Below are positions 14,854 to 25,000 of a stretch of DNA of 55,316 bases, in pieces. Each line of letters starts with the position of its first letter. The first letter of the stretch is position 1. Source of the stretch: Chloroflexota bacterium (lineage in GTDB: Bacteria; Chloroflexota; Limnocylindria; P2-11E); NCBI GenBank assembly GCA_005889295.1, contig VBEY01000231.1:1-55316 (forward strand), written 5' to 3'. The position numbers and the translations under genes were made by a program. The notes under the pieces were generated by a model. That model saw only the letters and a program-made list of their open reading frames with translations. It was not told the DNA's origin and did no database searches.

Positions 14854-16254
14854 CTAGGCGTCGACGCGCCGGTGCACACGGCCGCCGCTGCGCAGCCAGC
14901 GGACCGCACCGGCCTCGTCGCGGATTACTTCGCCGCGGACGTCCTTGAGCGGGCCTTCAAGGCATACGAACTGATCCTGGCCGATGAACGCCACGGGAGA
15001 AGGTGGAGGATCGGTGGGCGCGGGGGTGATGCCAAGCAGGTTGTGGTAGATGGAGCGGTACAACAGCACGCCATCGCCCCCCGCGCGGAGTTCGATGTCG
15101 GAGCCTACCGCCGTGTAGCGGGCGACCAGCTCGTCGCGTCGCGTCCTCGTCATCCGGACATGCTGCGGTGCCGGGTCGTCCACCCCGACGAAGGTCTTAA
15201 GGGCCCATTTGGTGATCGCCTGATGCAGAAGCGCGCCGCGCGTTGAGTTGGTCTGCACCGCGATGGCGAAGCCACGCTCCGGCGCGAGCATGAGAACGCC
15301 CTGCTGCCCGATGGCGGATCCGCCGTGGTACTGGAGCGTCACGCCACCCACCTCCCGCAGGAACCAGGCGACACCGACGGCGCGGTCGTTGTCGGCGGGC
15401 GCGAGCCGTGTCCGCATGAGCTCGAGCGACCCGACAGACAGGAGGCGGCCGCCGTCCGGCGCGCGCCCGTCCCCGAGGTGGAATCGCGCGTACGCCAGGA
15501 GGTCACGCACGCTCGAGATCACACCGATCACTGGCGTGGTGGCGCGCGGGAACGCGTAGGGACGTACGACGCGCGGCTGCTCGTCGACGATCGAATGCCC
15601 GGCGGCAACGCGGTGGGTGATCGCCTCGTCGGCGTTGAAACAGCTCCGGGCCATCCCGAGCGGTACGAAGAGGAGCTCCCGCACCGCGGCCTCGTACGTC
15701 TTTCCGGTGACGACCTCGATGAGCCGGCCGAGCACCTCGAAGCTCGAGTTCGAGTAATGCCAGATCTCGCCGAGCGGCGTCAACTGCTCCAGCTCGGCCA
15801 TCGCAGCCACGTAGCGGGCGAGCGCGTCGTCGCCCTTGCCGAAATCGGCAAAGCAGTCACCAAGCCAGCCGCCGGTATGGGTGACGAGATGGCGAAGCGT
15901 CGCGCGCTCGGCCGTAGCCTCGTCGCGCAGCTTGAACTCCGGGAGATAGCGACGGATCGGCGCATCGAGGTCGAGCGCGCGGCGCTCTACGAGGCGCATG
16001 ACGACCGTCGCGGTCATCGTCTTGGTGATCGACGCGATCTGAAAAAGCGTGTCGGCATCCACCGGGAGCGGGTGCTCGAGGTTAGTGACCCCGTACGCGG
16101 CGATGTCCTCGTCGCCGTCGTGGAGAATTCCGATCGCGATCCCGGGGACGTGGTAACGGGACATCCCTTCCCGCACCAGCTTCTCGAGCTCAGGCCGCAC
16201 GCGCGAATTGTGCGCGGCCCTTAGTTCGGCGTCACCCCGCTGACCCAGAAGCAA
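14854..16254 (-). CDS. serine hydrolase (beta-lactamase/transpeptidase-like family)
   Basis: SITKTMT (SxxK) motif and about 460 aa. The start is uncertain: TTG at 16254 overlaps the upstream gene by 34 nt, and GTG at 16200 is an alternative. Confidence 0.75.
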   Translation of the reverse strand: MLLGQRGDAELRAAHNSRVRPELEKLVREGMSRYHVPGIAIGILHDGDEDIAAYGVTNLEHPLPVDADTLFQIASITKTMTATVVMRLVERRALDLDAPIRRYLPEFKLRDEATAERATLRHLVTHTGGWLGDCFADFGKGDDALARYVAAMAELEQLTPLGEIWHYSNSSFEVLGRLIEVVTGKTYEAAVRELLFVPLGMARSCFNADEAITHRVAAGHSIVDEQPRVVRPYAFPRATTPVIGVISSVRDLLAYARFHLGDGRAPDGGRLLSVGSLELMRTRLAPADNDRAVGVAWFLREVGGVTLQYHGGSAIGQQGVLMLAPERGFAIAVQTNSTRGALLHQAITKWALKTFVGVDDPAPQHVRMTRTRRDELVARYTAVGSDIELRAGGDGVLLYRSIYHNLLGITPAPTDPPPSPVAFIGQDQFVCLEGPLKDVRGEVIRDEAGAVRWLRSGGRVHRRVDA

Positions 16255-17639
16255 CCGTTACGGAACGCGACCTGCTTCACGACGAACGGGACCGTTCCGG
16301 AAATGTCCGCCGTGGTCGAGTCGACCAGGCCCTTCACCGCGTCGAGGAGGGCTGGCGGGATCGGGTCCGCAGCGAGGTGCGAAACCTTCAGCGTGAACTT
16401 GTTGCCAACCGACCCACCCACCACGTCGGCGGTCGCGGTGACGGTGATGAGTTGCGTCGCGGCCTTCGCGCTCCCGTGAATTCCTCCGCCGTCGATGGTG
16501 ATCTTCGCGTCGCTCAGGGTCACGCCCTGCGTGGACTTGCCGTTCTGGTTCACTGCCTGGTTCAACTCCGCCTCGGTGAACACCAGCGACACGGGACTCG
16601 ACTTGTTATCGCGCGCGAAGGTCTTGATCGAATCGCCGCGGCCGTCGACTGCGCCCGACGCGAAGACGAGCCCCGGAGCGGTCGCTGCGCAGACGCTCGT
16701 CACGACAGTCGATGGCTCGAAGGCCGATAGTCCCAGCGGCGGGCCTGGCGTCACCGTGATGCCACCTCGGAACATCTGGCCGGCGGCCAGCGGTCCTTCC
16801 ATGATCCGTCTGGCGCTGGATGTGGTTCCGACGAAAACCTCAACGACGAATGCGGAGACCCCGATGGCTTTCGGCGATGTCAGGAAGACACCCCAGCGAC
16901 CGGGCGTGGCATCGCGGATGGTGATCTTGTCGGTGCTCAGCACGCAGCCGAAGATCTCGGCCTTCCCCCCGGCGGTTCCGCAGGACTGACCGGTCGGGGC
17001 CACGACGAGGAAGCCGAGCCCGGGCGAGCCGGTGATCTCGATGCGGGGTGTCGGCGCCATGGGCGTGGCGCTCGCGGGCGCCGGTGCGCCTTCCGCGATC
17101 GTGACCTGGCTCCCGGCCGGCACGGTTACGGTGCCGCCCGCCGTGGCGGCCACCTGCAGCGTGCCTTCATCGACCTGATAGGTGGTCTGGGTCCCGCCCG
17201 CCGCGAGCTGCTGGACGAACGTGAGGAACCCGGTGCCGCGGACCACCGCGGTCGTGCTCGGCGTCCGCACCTCGTAGCGCGAGTCAGGAGTTTTCAGCTT
17301 CTGCACGGATGACCAGGATCGTCCGAGCGATTGCTCGATGGTGACCTGGATCCCGTCGGTCGAGACGCGATTCAGCGCGAGGACCTTTACCTGCGATCCC
17401 GGGTCTACCGAGAGCGACGATCCGTCGAAGAAAGTGAGGACCGCACGGCCATCGACATTCGCGCGGACGAGGTCGCCCGTCGCGTAGACCTCGCCGTCGA
17501 GCGCCGGAGCGAACGCGGCACCGGCGCGCGCGCCCTCGATCGTGGTGTTCAGGATGGCGAGGGTCGCCGCATTCTGTGCGGACGTGGACGTTCCGCCGCG
17601 GGGGAAATAGAGGAACGCCCCCACTCCCGCGACGACCAA
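16221..17639 (-). CDS. FecR-domain secreted/membrane-anchored protein
   Basis: FecR-like segment (GDLVRANVDGRAVLTFFDGSSLSVDPGSQVKVL...EVRTPSTTAVVRGTGF). The track start TTG 17639 truncates an in-frame upstream signal-anchor (LKKLFVVLLL), so the true start may be the CTG at 17666. Confidence 0.6.
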   Translation of the reverse strand: MVVAGVGAFLYFPRGGTSTSAQNAATLAILNTTIEGARAGAAFAPALDGEVYATGDLVRANVDGRAVLTFFDGSSLSVDPGSQVKVLALNRVSTDGIQVTIEQSLGRSWSSVQKLKTPDSRYEVRTPSTTAVVRGTGFLTFVQQLAAGGTQTTYQVDEGTLQVAATAGGTVTVPAGSQVTIAEGAPAPASATPMAPTPRIEITGSPGLGFLVVAPTGQSCGTAGGKAEIFGCVLSTDKITIRDATPGRWGVFLTSPKAIGVSAFVVEVFVGTTSSARRIMEGPLAAGQMFRGGITVTPGPPLGLSAFEPSTVVTSVCAATAPGLVFASGAVDGRGDSIKTFARDNKSSPVSLVFTEAELNQAVNQNGKSTQGVTLSDAKITIDGGGIHGSAKAATQLITVTATADVVGGSVGNKFTLKVSHLAADPIPPALLDAVKGLVDSTTADISGTVPFVVKQVAFRNGCFWVSGVTPN

Positions 17640-17730
17640 CAGGAGAACGACGAAAAGCTTCTTCAGGTGACCCTTCCCGCAGGGCCGAGGCTAGCAGAGC
17701 AACGTTCGCGCGAACGGTCGCAGCCGGGTG

Positions 17731-18270
17731 TCAGGCTTGCGTTTTCTCCCAGTCCGCGCGGAGGAGTTCTCCGAGCCAGCGGTCGTGCCACTTTCCTTCG
17801 CGGAACGTCTGCTCGCGCCGTATCCCTACGGCCCGGTATCCGTTACGTTCGAGCGCCTTCAGGCTCGCTTCGTTGCCGGAATCGATCTCTGTCATGACCT
17901 TGTGGAGGTTGAGCTCGCGGAAGGCGTGACGAGTGCGAAGCCGCATCGCCTCGGTGGCGTAGCCCTTACCCCAGCAATCCTTGTCGCCGATCATGATCCC
18001 GGTCGTGCCGTTGGCGTCGAGCCAGTTGATGCGATGGATCCCCGTCGCGCCGATCGGCTTCGCCTCGGCGTCGATCATCCACCACACATCGTCCTTCGAC
18101 TCGCCGATCTTCTTCAGGTAGTCCCGCTCCTGCTCCAGCGTGACCGCCATGCGCCGATTGAGGTAGCGAGTGACCTCCATGTCGGCGAACCAACGTACGA
18201 AATGCTCCGCGTCGTTTTCGCGCGCGGGGCGGAGCGTCACCTTCTTTCCGCGAAGCAACGGTCCGAACAT
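17731..18270 (-). CDS. GNAT family N-acetyltransferase (RimJ/RimL-like)
   Basis: I chose the start at MFGPLLRGKKVTLRPARENDAEHF, the typical N-terminus of this subfamily. The region upstream of it in the track ORF is Ala/Ser/Arg-rich filler. Confidence 0.75.
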   Translation of the reverse strand: MFGPLLRGKKVTLRPARENDAEHFVRWFADMEVTRYLNRRMAVTLEQERDYLKKIGESKDDVWWMIDAEAKPIGATGIHRINWLDANGTTGIMIGDKDCWGKGYATEAMRLRTRHAFRELNLHKVMTEIDSGNEASLKALERNGYRAVGIRREQTFREGKWHDRWLGELLRADWEKTQA

Positions 18271-18352
18271 GGAAGCGGCCAGAATAGCCGCGGATGCAGC
18301 CTTCCTTCCTGGGTGGCGCGACGACCTGGCGCGAGAGAGTGACGCTGGACTA

Positions 18353-18796
18353 ACGATGCGGTTCCTCGTGGCCGCGGGCTTCGCGATCCTCATCGCGGCC
18401 ACCGCGAAAGCGATCGACGTGTTGCTGACGCCATTCGGCGCCACTTTCGACCCGGGCCTGCAACTCCCGTATGCGCTATCCGGTTATGTGCTCTATGGAC
18501 TCGGCCTGGCCCTGCTCTTCTTCGCCCTGGCCGCGCACTTTGGATTCGCTGCCGCGTCGCCGCGGCTCATACGGTCGGGCGCGGCCCTCGCCGCTGTGGC
18601 CCTGCTTTCGGGCACCGCAATCGCGGCCTATGTGCCGTGGTCTCTCGCGATGGGGCTACGGTGGATCATCCCCGAAGAGCAGCCGCGGTTTGTCGTCGTC
18701 CTCGTCATCAGCACTCTGCACCTCGTCGCAGACGGTTTGCTCCTGATCTGGCTGGGGTTTCGATTGTGGTGGCTCAGGCCACCGGCCGTTGCGTGA
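18353..18796 (+). CDS. hypothetical membrane protein (about 4 transmembrane helices)
   Basis: MRFLVAAGFAILIAATAKAI... with four hydrophobic segments. The start is chosen at the first Met before TM1; 18269 is an alternative. Confidence 0.45.
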   Translation, partial: TMRFLVAAGFAILIAATAKAIDVLLTPFGATFDPGLQLPYALSGYVLYGLGLALLFFALAAHFGFAAASPRLIRSGAALAAVALLSGTAIAAYVPWSLAMGLRWIIPEEQPRFVVVLVISTLHLVADGLLLIWLGFRLWWLRPPAVA

Positions 18797-20285
18797 GGGC
18801 GGCCGAGAGCAGTACTTCGTCGCCACGGCGGTCTCCGACATCGAGCTTGGCGCGGATCCGCGTGAGGTGAACGCGCAACGTGTTCGGTGACACGCCGAGC
18901 CGATCCGCGAGCGACGCGCGGTCGAGCCGCTTCCCCTCGCGCGAGAGGAGCTCCATCTCGCGAAGGATTCCCAGTTCGCGCCAGGTCAGCCCGACTGTCC
19001 GTAGGTAGAACGTCGCCTCGTCGAGCGCGGACGACCCCACCGGCGCGGCGCTGTCGGACTTCGCCCGGCGCAGCGCGGCGTCGGCGTGTGCGCTGATCTT
19101 TCGCGCCAGCTCACGCGCCGCCGGATCGCGCTCGGCCGTGCGTCCGAGCCATAACGCGACCTCGGGCAGGTAGTACGCGAACCCCTCGCCGCCGCGCGCG
19201 CCGATGTCACGCACGAGGCCGGCCGCGCGCGACGCGCCGCCCCCGCGCACGAGCGACTCGCGCCAATAGGCGGCGTGCACCGCGGCGCCGAGCGCCCAGT
19301 GCGCCATACCGCGCGCCTCGAATTCCTTTGCGGCCTCGTCCAGCATGCGCACTCCGCCACGCGGGTCGCCCTTCTCCGCGCGAACGATCGCGCGAACGTT
19401 GTTGCGGAATTGCTCGTCCTCGGGAAAACCGGTGGGCGCCCGCGTCAGAATCCGGTCCGCCACGTCGGTCTCGCCGCGCAGCAACGCGAGGTGCGCGTGG
19501 TCCTCGGCGGCGCCAGTCGCGCTCTGTCGCGCGAGACGGTCGCCGTCGGCGATCTCGCCGCGCTCCATTCGCGCGCGGGCGAGGCACAGGCACGTGTACC
19601 GCCAGACCGAGGACCCGTAAGCGCGCAGGCCGACTTCGGCCTTCGTGAACTGGTCGACCGCCTGATCGATCCGTCCTGCGGCCCAGTCGACGAAGCCCGT
19701 CGTGTAGGTGGCCCACGCGGCCTCCCACGGATCGCCCACGCGCGCGGCGTGGCGCACGGTCGCCTCCGCCGCGGCGGTCGCGTCGACGTAGTCACCCGAG
19801 TGCGACAGCAGGTGCGCGAGCTGGCGCTGCACACGCGTGACGACCAGGTCGCGCGATCGGCCTTTCGGCGCGGTCAGCAGCGCGTCCTCGGCGCGCCGCG
19901 CATTCTGCAACGCGTTGGTGATCTCGTTCTGTGCGGTGAGCACGATCGAGTTGCCGAGATAGAGCTCGGCGAGCATCAACGGATCCGAGGCGGCGTGCTT
20001 GTCGGCGATCTTCGCGAGCTTCGGCGTCTCCTCGCGCCGCACCAGGTAGTAGGAGAGGTGGAGAAGGTCGATCGCGACGCGCGCCTCAAGGAGCGGGTCT
20101 TTGACCTGCGGCAGGACCTCGTTCAGCTCGGCCCAGGCCAGGTCAAACGACTCGAAGTACTTGAGGCAGCGGGCCCGCAGCACTCGCCGCTCGAGCGTCT
20201 GACGTCCGCTCGCGAGCAAGGGAAGGAGCCGCTCGGCGTCGGCGCGCGAGAGCGGCGCAAGGGCTTGCTCCCGCAAGGTCGGCAC
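18774..20285 (-). CDS. LuxR-family transcriptional regulator with a large helical-repeat N-terminal domain
   Basis: C-terminal LuxR-type HTH (LSREGKRLDRASLADRLGVSPNTLRVHLTRIRAKL). 503 aa, GTG start. Confidence 0.75.
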   Translation of the reverse strand: MPTLREQALAPLSRADAERLLPLLASGRQTLERRVLRARCLKYFESFDLAWAELNEVLPQVKDPLLEARVAIDLLHLSYYLVRREETPKLAKIADKHAASDPLMLAELYLGNSIVLTAQNEITNALQNARRAEDALLTAPKGRSRDLVVTRVQRQLAHLLSHSGDYVDATAAAEATVRHAARVGDPWEAAWATYTTGFVDWAAGRIDQAVDQFTKAEVGLRAYGSSVWRYTCLCLARARMERGEIADGDRLARQSATGAAEDHAHLALLRGETDVADRILTRAPTGFPEDEQFRNNVRAIVRAEKGDPRGGVRMLDEAAKEFEARGMAHWALGAAVHAAYWRESLVRGGGASRAAGLVRDIGARGGEGFAYYLPEVALWLGRTAERDPAARELARKISAHADAALRRAKSDSAAPVGSSALDEATFYLRTVGLTWRELGILREMELLSREGKRLDRASLADRLGVSPNTLRVHLTRIRAKLDVGDRRGDEVLLSAALTQRPVA

Positions 20286-20328
20286 GCATGTATTACGCCA
20301 TGACTAGCAGTTGTGTTCCTGAGGCGGC

Positions 20329-20796
20329 TCAGGAGGTAGGCGGAAAAGCCTTCGCCAGCTCGCCTGTATGGCCGTGCGAGTGATCCGCCTGGTAGGCCGC
20401 GAAGTGACCGGCATCGACTTCGCCCCAGTCGCTGTGCGTGCCCGGGCGCGCCGTTGCGCCAGGACGCTGGAGGAGCTGGATGATGCGCGAGTGCGCGGCT
20501 GAAAGCCGCCGCGAAAGCTCCATCGGATCGCGCTCGTTGTTCCGCCTCTCCGCCGCCAAGGCGTCCTGGTCGTACGAAGCCACCGCGGGCCGGTCCTCCT
20601 CGATGCACCGGCGCACGCGGTCGGCGAAGATCTCGGCCGCGTCGGTGACGTGACCGATGATCTCGAGGGCCGTCCACCTATCGAACGTCGTCGCCCGGAG
20701 GCGCTCCGCCGGAGTTGTCCGGACGATCCGGGCGACCGTCGCCGCGTCATCGGCGAGCAAAAACGCCTTGTCCTCGTCGTACTCGAGGCGTTCCAC
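20329..20796 (-). CDS. DinB family protein
   Basis: 155 aa with WTALEIIGHVTDAAEIFADRV, an HSRI segment and a C-terminal DHSHGHTGEL, consistent with the DinB_2-type His triad. Confidence 0.65.
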   Translation of the reverse strand: MERLEYDEDKAFLLADDAATVARIVRTTPAERLRATTFDRWTALEIIGHVTDAAEIFADRVRRCIEEDRPAVASYDQDALAAERRNNERDPMELSRRLSAAHSRIIQLLQRPGATARPGTHSDWGEVDAGHFAAYQADHSHGHTGELAKAFPPTS

Positions 20797-20873
20797 ATCC
20801 TTCTTCTATCACGGACGTACGAGTTGCGGCTCACGACGCGGACGACGTCGGGTCTTTAGGCCGACACACTGGC

Positions 20874-22217
20874 GTGGTGCGTGAGCTCGCCGCCGCTGCG
20901 CTGCTCCTCCTCGCGCTGGCGGTCGGCGCGCTCGCGCCCAAGTTCTGGCCTATGGACAGTGGCTCGGCGCTCGCGTCGGGACGACCGGCCTCCTCCGGAC
21001 CGCTCGCGACGGTAGCGAGCGCCACATTCGCGCCCGTCTCCTGGAAAGGAAAAGACGGCGGCATGGGCTACGTCGTCTGCGGGAGCACCCAGAACTGGTC
21101 GCGGCCGACCATTTCCGAGCAGAACGCGCATCTCGCCTCGGACGCGCGATACGCCCGGATGCGCGCCGACGACCCGGGTTCCGAGGCCTGGACGAAGTTC
21201 CAAGCCGTCGCGCTCCTCTACGACGGCTCCGCGCTCAGCGCACGTATCGACCTCGTCGCGCTGACCGGCATGTGGACCGACCCGTACATCGGTGGAAATG
21301 CCGCGGGATGCACCTCCGTCGAGCCGCAGGTCTGGCTCGTCGGGTATGAGCCGGTTTCGTTCCGTGGGAGCCCAGGCATTTCCCAAATCGGGGTCCGTCA
21401 AGCGTCCGGCTACCGCATGGTCGTTCTGACCGGTGCGATCGGGACCGACCTGATCATCGTCGGGCCGGGCGGGAAGATGGCCGCCTTCGACACCAGACCC
21501 TGGCGCGGGCCGACCCCGACGCCGGCACCAAAAGCGCTTCCCACGTCCAAGACGGCCGCGAGCCCGGAGCCGCCGTTTCCCATGACGGATCGGCCCCTCG
21601 AGCTCGCGCTGCCGGGCTGCGCGATTTCGCCGCAAGGGCGGCACGCCGACGGAGGTGGCGCCGTCTGGACGGTGCAGTGCGGATCCGTCCGGGCGAACCT
21701 CGCGGTTTCCGTCGCCGCGGTGAGGCAGGGTTGGAGCCACATCGCGGGACCGCCGATCGGAGTCGGCATGCAGACCTACGCGAAGGGCAAGCTCTCGATG
21801 CAGCTCGCCTACCGACTCGACGGTCCGGCTTATTCAGACCCGATCGTGCTGGTGCAGTACTCGCGGCCGTTCGCGCAGGGCGCTGACACATCGCCTCCAA
21901 ATCTCACGGCCTACCTGCGCGTGCCGACAGGCTTCGAGCTCCCGACCGGCTGCGTTTGGAAAGACGGCCCGGTGGGATTCACCAACGACGGCGCCTACGA
22001 GCTGGGGTTCGTGTGCGCGGGCCTCCCCGCGCCGGAGATTCGAGGGGCGTTCCATCGTGCGCTGCTCGCCCAGGGCTGGCGGGCAGATAACGGCGGCTTC
22101 GGCTTCATCAACTACGCGAGGGACGACATGCGTTTGACCATGAACTTCGTCAACGAGAAGGCGGAGGCGAGCGACTCTCCCTGGGTGGTCGAGTCGCTTT
22201 GCTGTTTTGCTCCCTAG
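20874..22217 (+). CDS. hypothetical secreted two-domain protein
   Basis: The GTG start gives a signal-like N-terminus (VVRELAAAALLLLALAVGALA). A Pro/Thr linker (PTPTPAPKALPTSKTAASPEPP) separates the two halves. No family recognised. Confidence 0.5.
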   Translation: MVRELAAAALLLLALAVGALAPKFWPMDSGSALASGRPASSGPLATVASATFAPVSWKGKDGGMGYVVCGSTQNWSRPTISEQNAHLASDARYARMRADDPGSEAWTKFQAVALLYDGSALSARIDLVALTGMWTDPYIGGNAAGCTSVEPQVWLVGYEPVSFRGSPGISQIGVRQASGYRMVVLTGAIGTDLIIVGPGGKMAAFDTRPWRGPTPTPAPKALPTSKTAASPEPPFPMTDRPLELALPGCAISPQGRHADGGGAVWTVQCGSVRANLAVSVAAVRQGWSHIAGPPIGVGMQTYAKGKLSMQLAYRLDGPAYSDPIVLVQYSRPFAQGADTSPPNLTAYLRVPTGFELPTGCVWKDGPVGFTNDGAYELGFVCAGLPAPEIRGAFHRALLAQGWRADNGGFGFINYARDDMRLTMNFVNEKAEASDSPWVVESLCCFAP

Positions 22218-23641
22218 GCGGGTGAGGCGACGCCGCGCGCCACGAATTTTCCGCGACCGGCCTCGGCCCGAAGCTCTCCCCGCTCGAACACGACCTCCCC
22301 GCGGGCGATGACGATCAGAGGCCACCCAGTGACATCCCAGCCCTCGTACGGGTCGTAGTCGCAGGCCGAATGCAGCTCCGTCGCGCGGATCGTGCGGCGC
22401 GCGTTCGGATCGAAGATCACCACATCGGCATCCGAGCCGACCGCGAGCACTCCCTTGCGCGGGTACATCCCGGCGATGCGCGCGGGCGCGGTCGCGAGAA
22501 CTTCGACCATGCGCGCGAGCGTGAGACGACCCTTGCGCACCCCTTCCGAATGCAGCATCGGCAGCAGTGTCTCGAGATTGGAGACCCCCGGCGGGATGCG
22601 ATCGAAGCTCTGTCCCGGCGCGAGCTTCGCGGCGCGCGTGTGCGGGAAGTGATCGGTACCCACGGTGTCGAGAGTTCCGTCGCCGAGCGCGGCCCAGACG
22701 GCGTCGACATCGTCGGGCTCGCGGAGCGGTGGCTGCCCGACCCAGAGCGCCGCGTCGGGGCGATCGAACTGCGCGCGCGTGAGATAGAGGTAGAGCGGTC
22801 GCGTCTCGCCGAACACGTGGACCCCGCGCCGCTTGCCCTCGCGAAGCGCATCCAGGGCCGCCCGCGAGCTGAGGTGGACCAGGTAGATCGCGGCGCCGGT
22901 GTCCTCGGCAAGCTCGATGGCCTCGCGCACCGCTTTCACCTCGGCCTCGACCGGGCGACTCGCGGGAAAGTGCCGGACAGCGGTGCGCCTCGCGGCGTGC
23001 AGCTCGGCGGTCCGGGCGGCGACGATCTCGTAGTCCTCGGCGTGGATGGCGACCACCGTCCCCGCCCGAGCGGCCGCTCGCAGGAGAAGGCGGTAGTCGT
23101 CGCGCCGCTCTCCGAACCGTGGGGTGACCATGAAGACCTTGAGCCCGGCGTGTCCGTCGCGCACCACCGCGGGGATCTCGGCGCGGGCCGCCTCGCTCGG
23201 ATCCGTGACGACGATGTGAAAAGCGAAGTCGGCGAGAGACCGTTCGGCGTCGCGTCTCCCGCGATCGATGCCACGCCGGAGCGAACCGTCCTCCTGGTAG
23301 ACCATCGACGCGACGGTGGTCACGCCGCCGGCGATCGCGGCACGCGTGCCGTGCTCGAAGTCGTCGAGGGGCGCGAACGTCGGCGTCGAGGCGAGATGCG
23401 TGTGGAGATCGACGCACCCCGGGAGCACGAGCTTGCCCCGCGCGTCGATATCACGTGGCGCCGAACCCACCTCACCGATCGCGCTGATGCGCTCGCCCGA
23501 TATCGCGACGTCGGCGTGACGCGCGGCGTCTGGGATGACGACGAGGCCGCCGCGTATCGCTAGATCGATTGCGTGCCTCGCCGGGCGAAGAGGAGCACGA
23601 ACCCCACCGCCAGACCCGCGAGCATGACCACGTGGATCCAC
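22214..23641 (-). CDS. cyclic amidohydrolase (dihydropyrimidinase/hydantoinase-like)
   Basis: LVLPGCVDLHTHL metal-binding motif, a K in GLKVFM, and about 470 aa. The start overlaps the upstream gene by 82 nt (ATG 23641) or 43 nt (GTG 23602). Confidence 0.8.
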   Translation of the reverse strand: MDPRGHARGSGGGVRAPLRPARHAIDLAIRGGLVVIPDAARHADVAISGERISAIGEVGSAPRDIDARGKLVLPGCVDLHTHLASTPTFAPLDDFEHGTRAAIAGGVTTVASMVYQEDGSLRRGIDRGRRDAERSLADFAFHIVVTDPSEAARAEIPAVVRDGHAGLKVFMVTPRFGERRDDYRLLLRAAARAGTVVAIHAEDYEIVAARTAELHAARRTAVRHFPASRPVEAEVKAVREAIELAEDTGAAIYLVHLSSRAALDALREGKRRGVHVFGETRPLYLYLTRAQFDRPDAALWVGQPPLREPDDVDAVWAALGDGTLDTVGTDHFPHTRAAKLAPGQSFDRIPPGVSNLETLLPMLHSEGVRKGRLTLARMVEVLATAPARIAGMYPRKGVLAVGSDADVVIFDPNARRTIRATELHSACDYDPYEGWDVTGWPLIVIARGEVVFERGELRAEAGRGKFVARGVASPA

Positions 23642-23895
23642 AGGTCGACACCGAGAAGGCCGCGGGCGACGACGATGCTGAGCCCGAAGATCGTCCCGGC
23701 GAGCACGATGCCGTACGCGATCCGCGCGGGGACCAGGCCGATGATTGCCGCGGCCAGGACGAGACCGAGAAGGCTCTCCGCGATGCTCGCCGGCGCGAGC
23801 GCGCCCGCCGGGATCAACGCGCCGGAGTGGTACGCCGCGGCCCCGAAATACACCACCGCGTTCACCACCGTGAGGACCCGGAGCGTTCCTCCCAT
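23560..23895 (-). CDS. hypothetical small membrane protein (about 4 transmembrane helices)
   Basis: 111 aa, four hydrophobic helices, G/C-rich third positions. Confidence 0.5.
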   Translation of the reverse strand: MGGTLRVLTVVNAVVYFGAAAYHSGALIPAGALAPASIAESLLGLVLAAAIIGLVPARIAYGIVLAGTIFGLSIVVARGLLGVDLWIHVVMLAGLAVGFVLLFARRGTQSI

Positions 23896-23899
23896 CGGC

Positions 23900-25000
23900 T
23901 CAGTCGCCGTCCTCTTCGAGTCGCGAGAGGCGGTCGGCTTCGTCCTGCTCGGCCAGGGCGTCGACGAGATCGTCGATGTCGCCGTCCAGCCGGCGGTCCA
24001 GGTTCGAGAGGTTGTAGCCGAGGCGCCGGTCGGTGAGACGGTCCTGTGGGAAGTTGTACGTGCGCATCTTCTCCGACCGCTCGCCGCGGCCGATCTGCGC
24101 GTTTCGTGCGGACGATTCGCGCTCCTGACGCTCCTCCGCGGCGCGCGCGAGAAGCCGCGAGCGCAGCACAGCCATGGCCTTGGTTTTGTTCTTGAGCTGG
24201 CTCCGCTCGTCCTGGCAGGTGACGACCTCGCCGGTCGGGAGGTGCGTGATCCGCACCGCGGAGTCGGTCGTGTTCACGCCCTGGCCACCGTGGCCACCGG
24301 CGCGGTAGACGTCGATCTTCAGGTCGTCTTCGTTGATCACGAGATCGTTCTCTTCGGCCTCGGGCAGAACGGCGACCGTCGCGGTCGAGGTATGGATACG
24401 CCCCTGCGCCTCGGTCTTGGGCACGCGCTGCACCCGGTGTACGCCTGACTCGAACTTCAGCTTCGAGTACGCGCCCCGGCCGGTGACTTTGAAGATGACC
24501 TCTTTGAAGCCGCCCTTCTCGGCGTGGCTCGCGGAGAGCTCCTCGACCTTCCAACGATGCCGTTCGGCGTAGCGCAGATACATCGTGTAGAGGTCGAGCG
24601 CGAACAGCGCGGCCTCTTCCCCGCCCTCGCCGGCGCGGATCTCGACGATGACGTTCTTCTCGTCGAGCGGATCGCGAGGCACCAGCTGGCCGCGCAGCCG
24701 CGTCGTGAGCTCCCCGGTCCTTGCGGAGAGCTCCGCAACCTCCTCGCGGGCGAGGTCGCGCAGGTCCGCGTCGTCGCCCTCGACGAGCTGCTGCGCCTCC
24801 GCGAGCCGCCGCTCGGCATCGCGCAGCGAGCGGATCGTCTCCACGATCGGAGCGAGCGACGAGAGCTCCTGACCGACCTCGCGGATGCGGTTACGGTCGG
24901 AGGTCGTCTCGGGATCCGACACCTTCCGCTCGAGCTCCTCGTAGCGGCCCTCGACGCCTTCGAGCCTGCGGCGCAGTCCCGGTGTGAGCACGTCGCTCAT
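23900..25000 (-). CDS. prfA: peptide chain release factor 1
   Basis: GGQ motif (RAGGHGGQGVNTTDSAVRITHLPTG) and a PxT-type tripeptide (VPKTE), as in RF1. 366 aa. Confidence 0.93.
   Translation of the reverse strand: MSDVLTPGLRRRLEGVEGRYEELERKVSDPETTSDRNRIREVGQELSSLAPIVETIRSLRDAERRLAEAQQLVEGDDADLRDLAREEVAELSARTGELTTRLRGQLVPRDPLDEKNVIVEIRAGEGGEEAALFALDLYTMYLRYAERHRWKVEELSASHAEKGGFKEVIFKVTGRGAYSKLKFESGVHRVQRVPKTEAQGRIHTSTATVAVLPEAEENDLVINEDDLKIDVYRAGGHGGQGVNTTDSAVRITHLPTGEVVTCQDERSQLKNKTKAMAVLRSRLLARAAEERQERESSARNAQIGRGERSEKMRTYNFPQDRLTDRRLGYNLSNLDRRLDGDIDDLVDALAEQDEADRLSRLEEDGD

Noticed and set aside
21834-23417. 527-aa minus-strand ORF extremely rich in Arg, Gly and Ala
   Set aside because: It is out of frame with the amidohydrolase gene 22214..23641 on the same strand, has low-complexity composition and shows no motifs.
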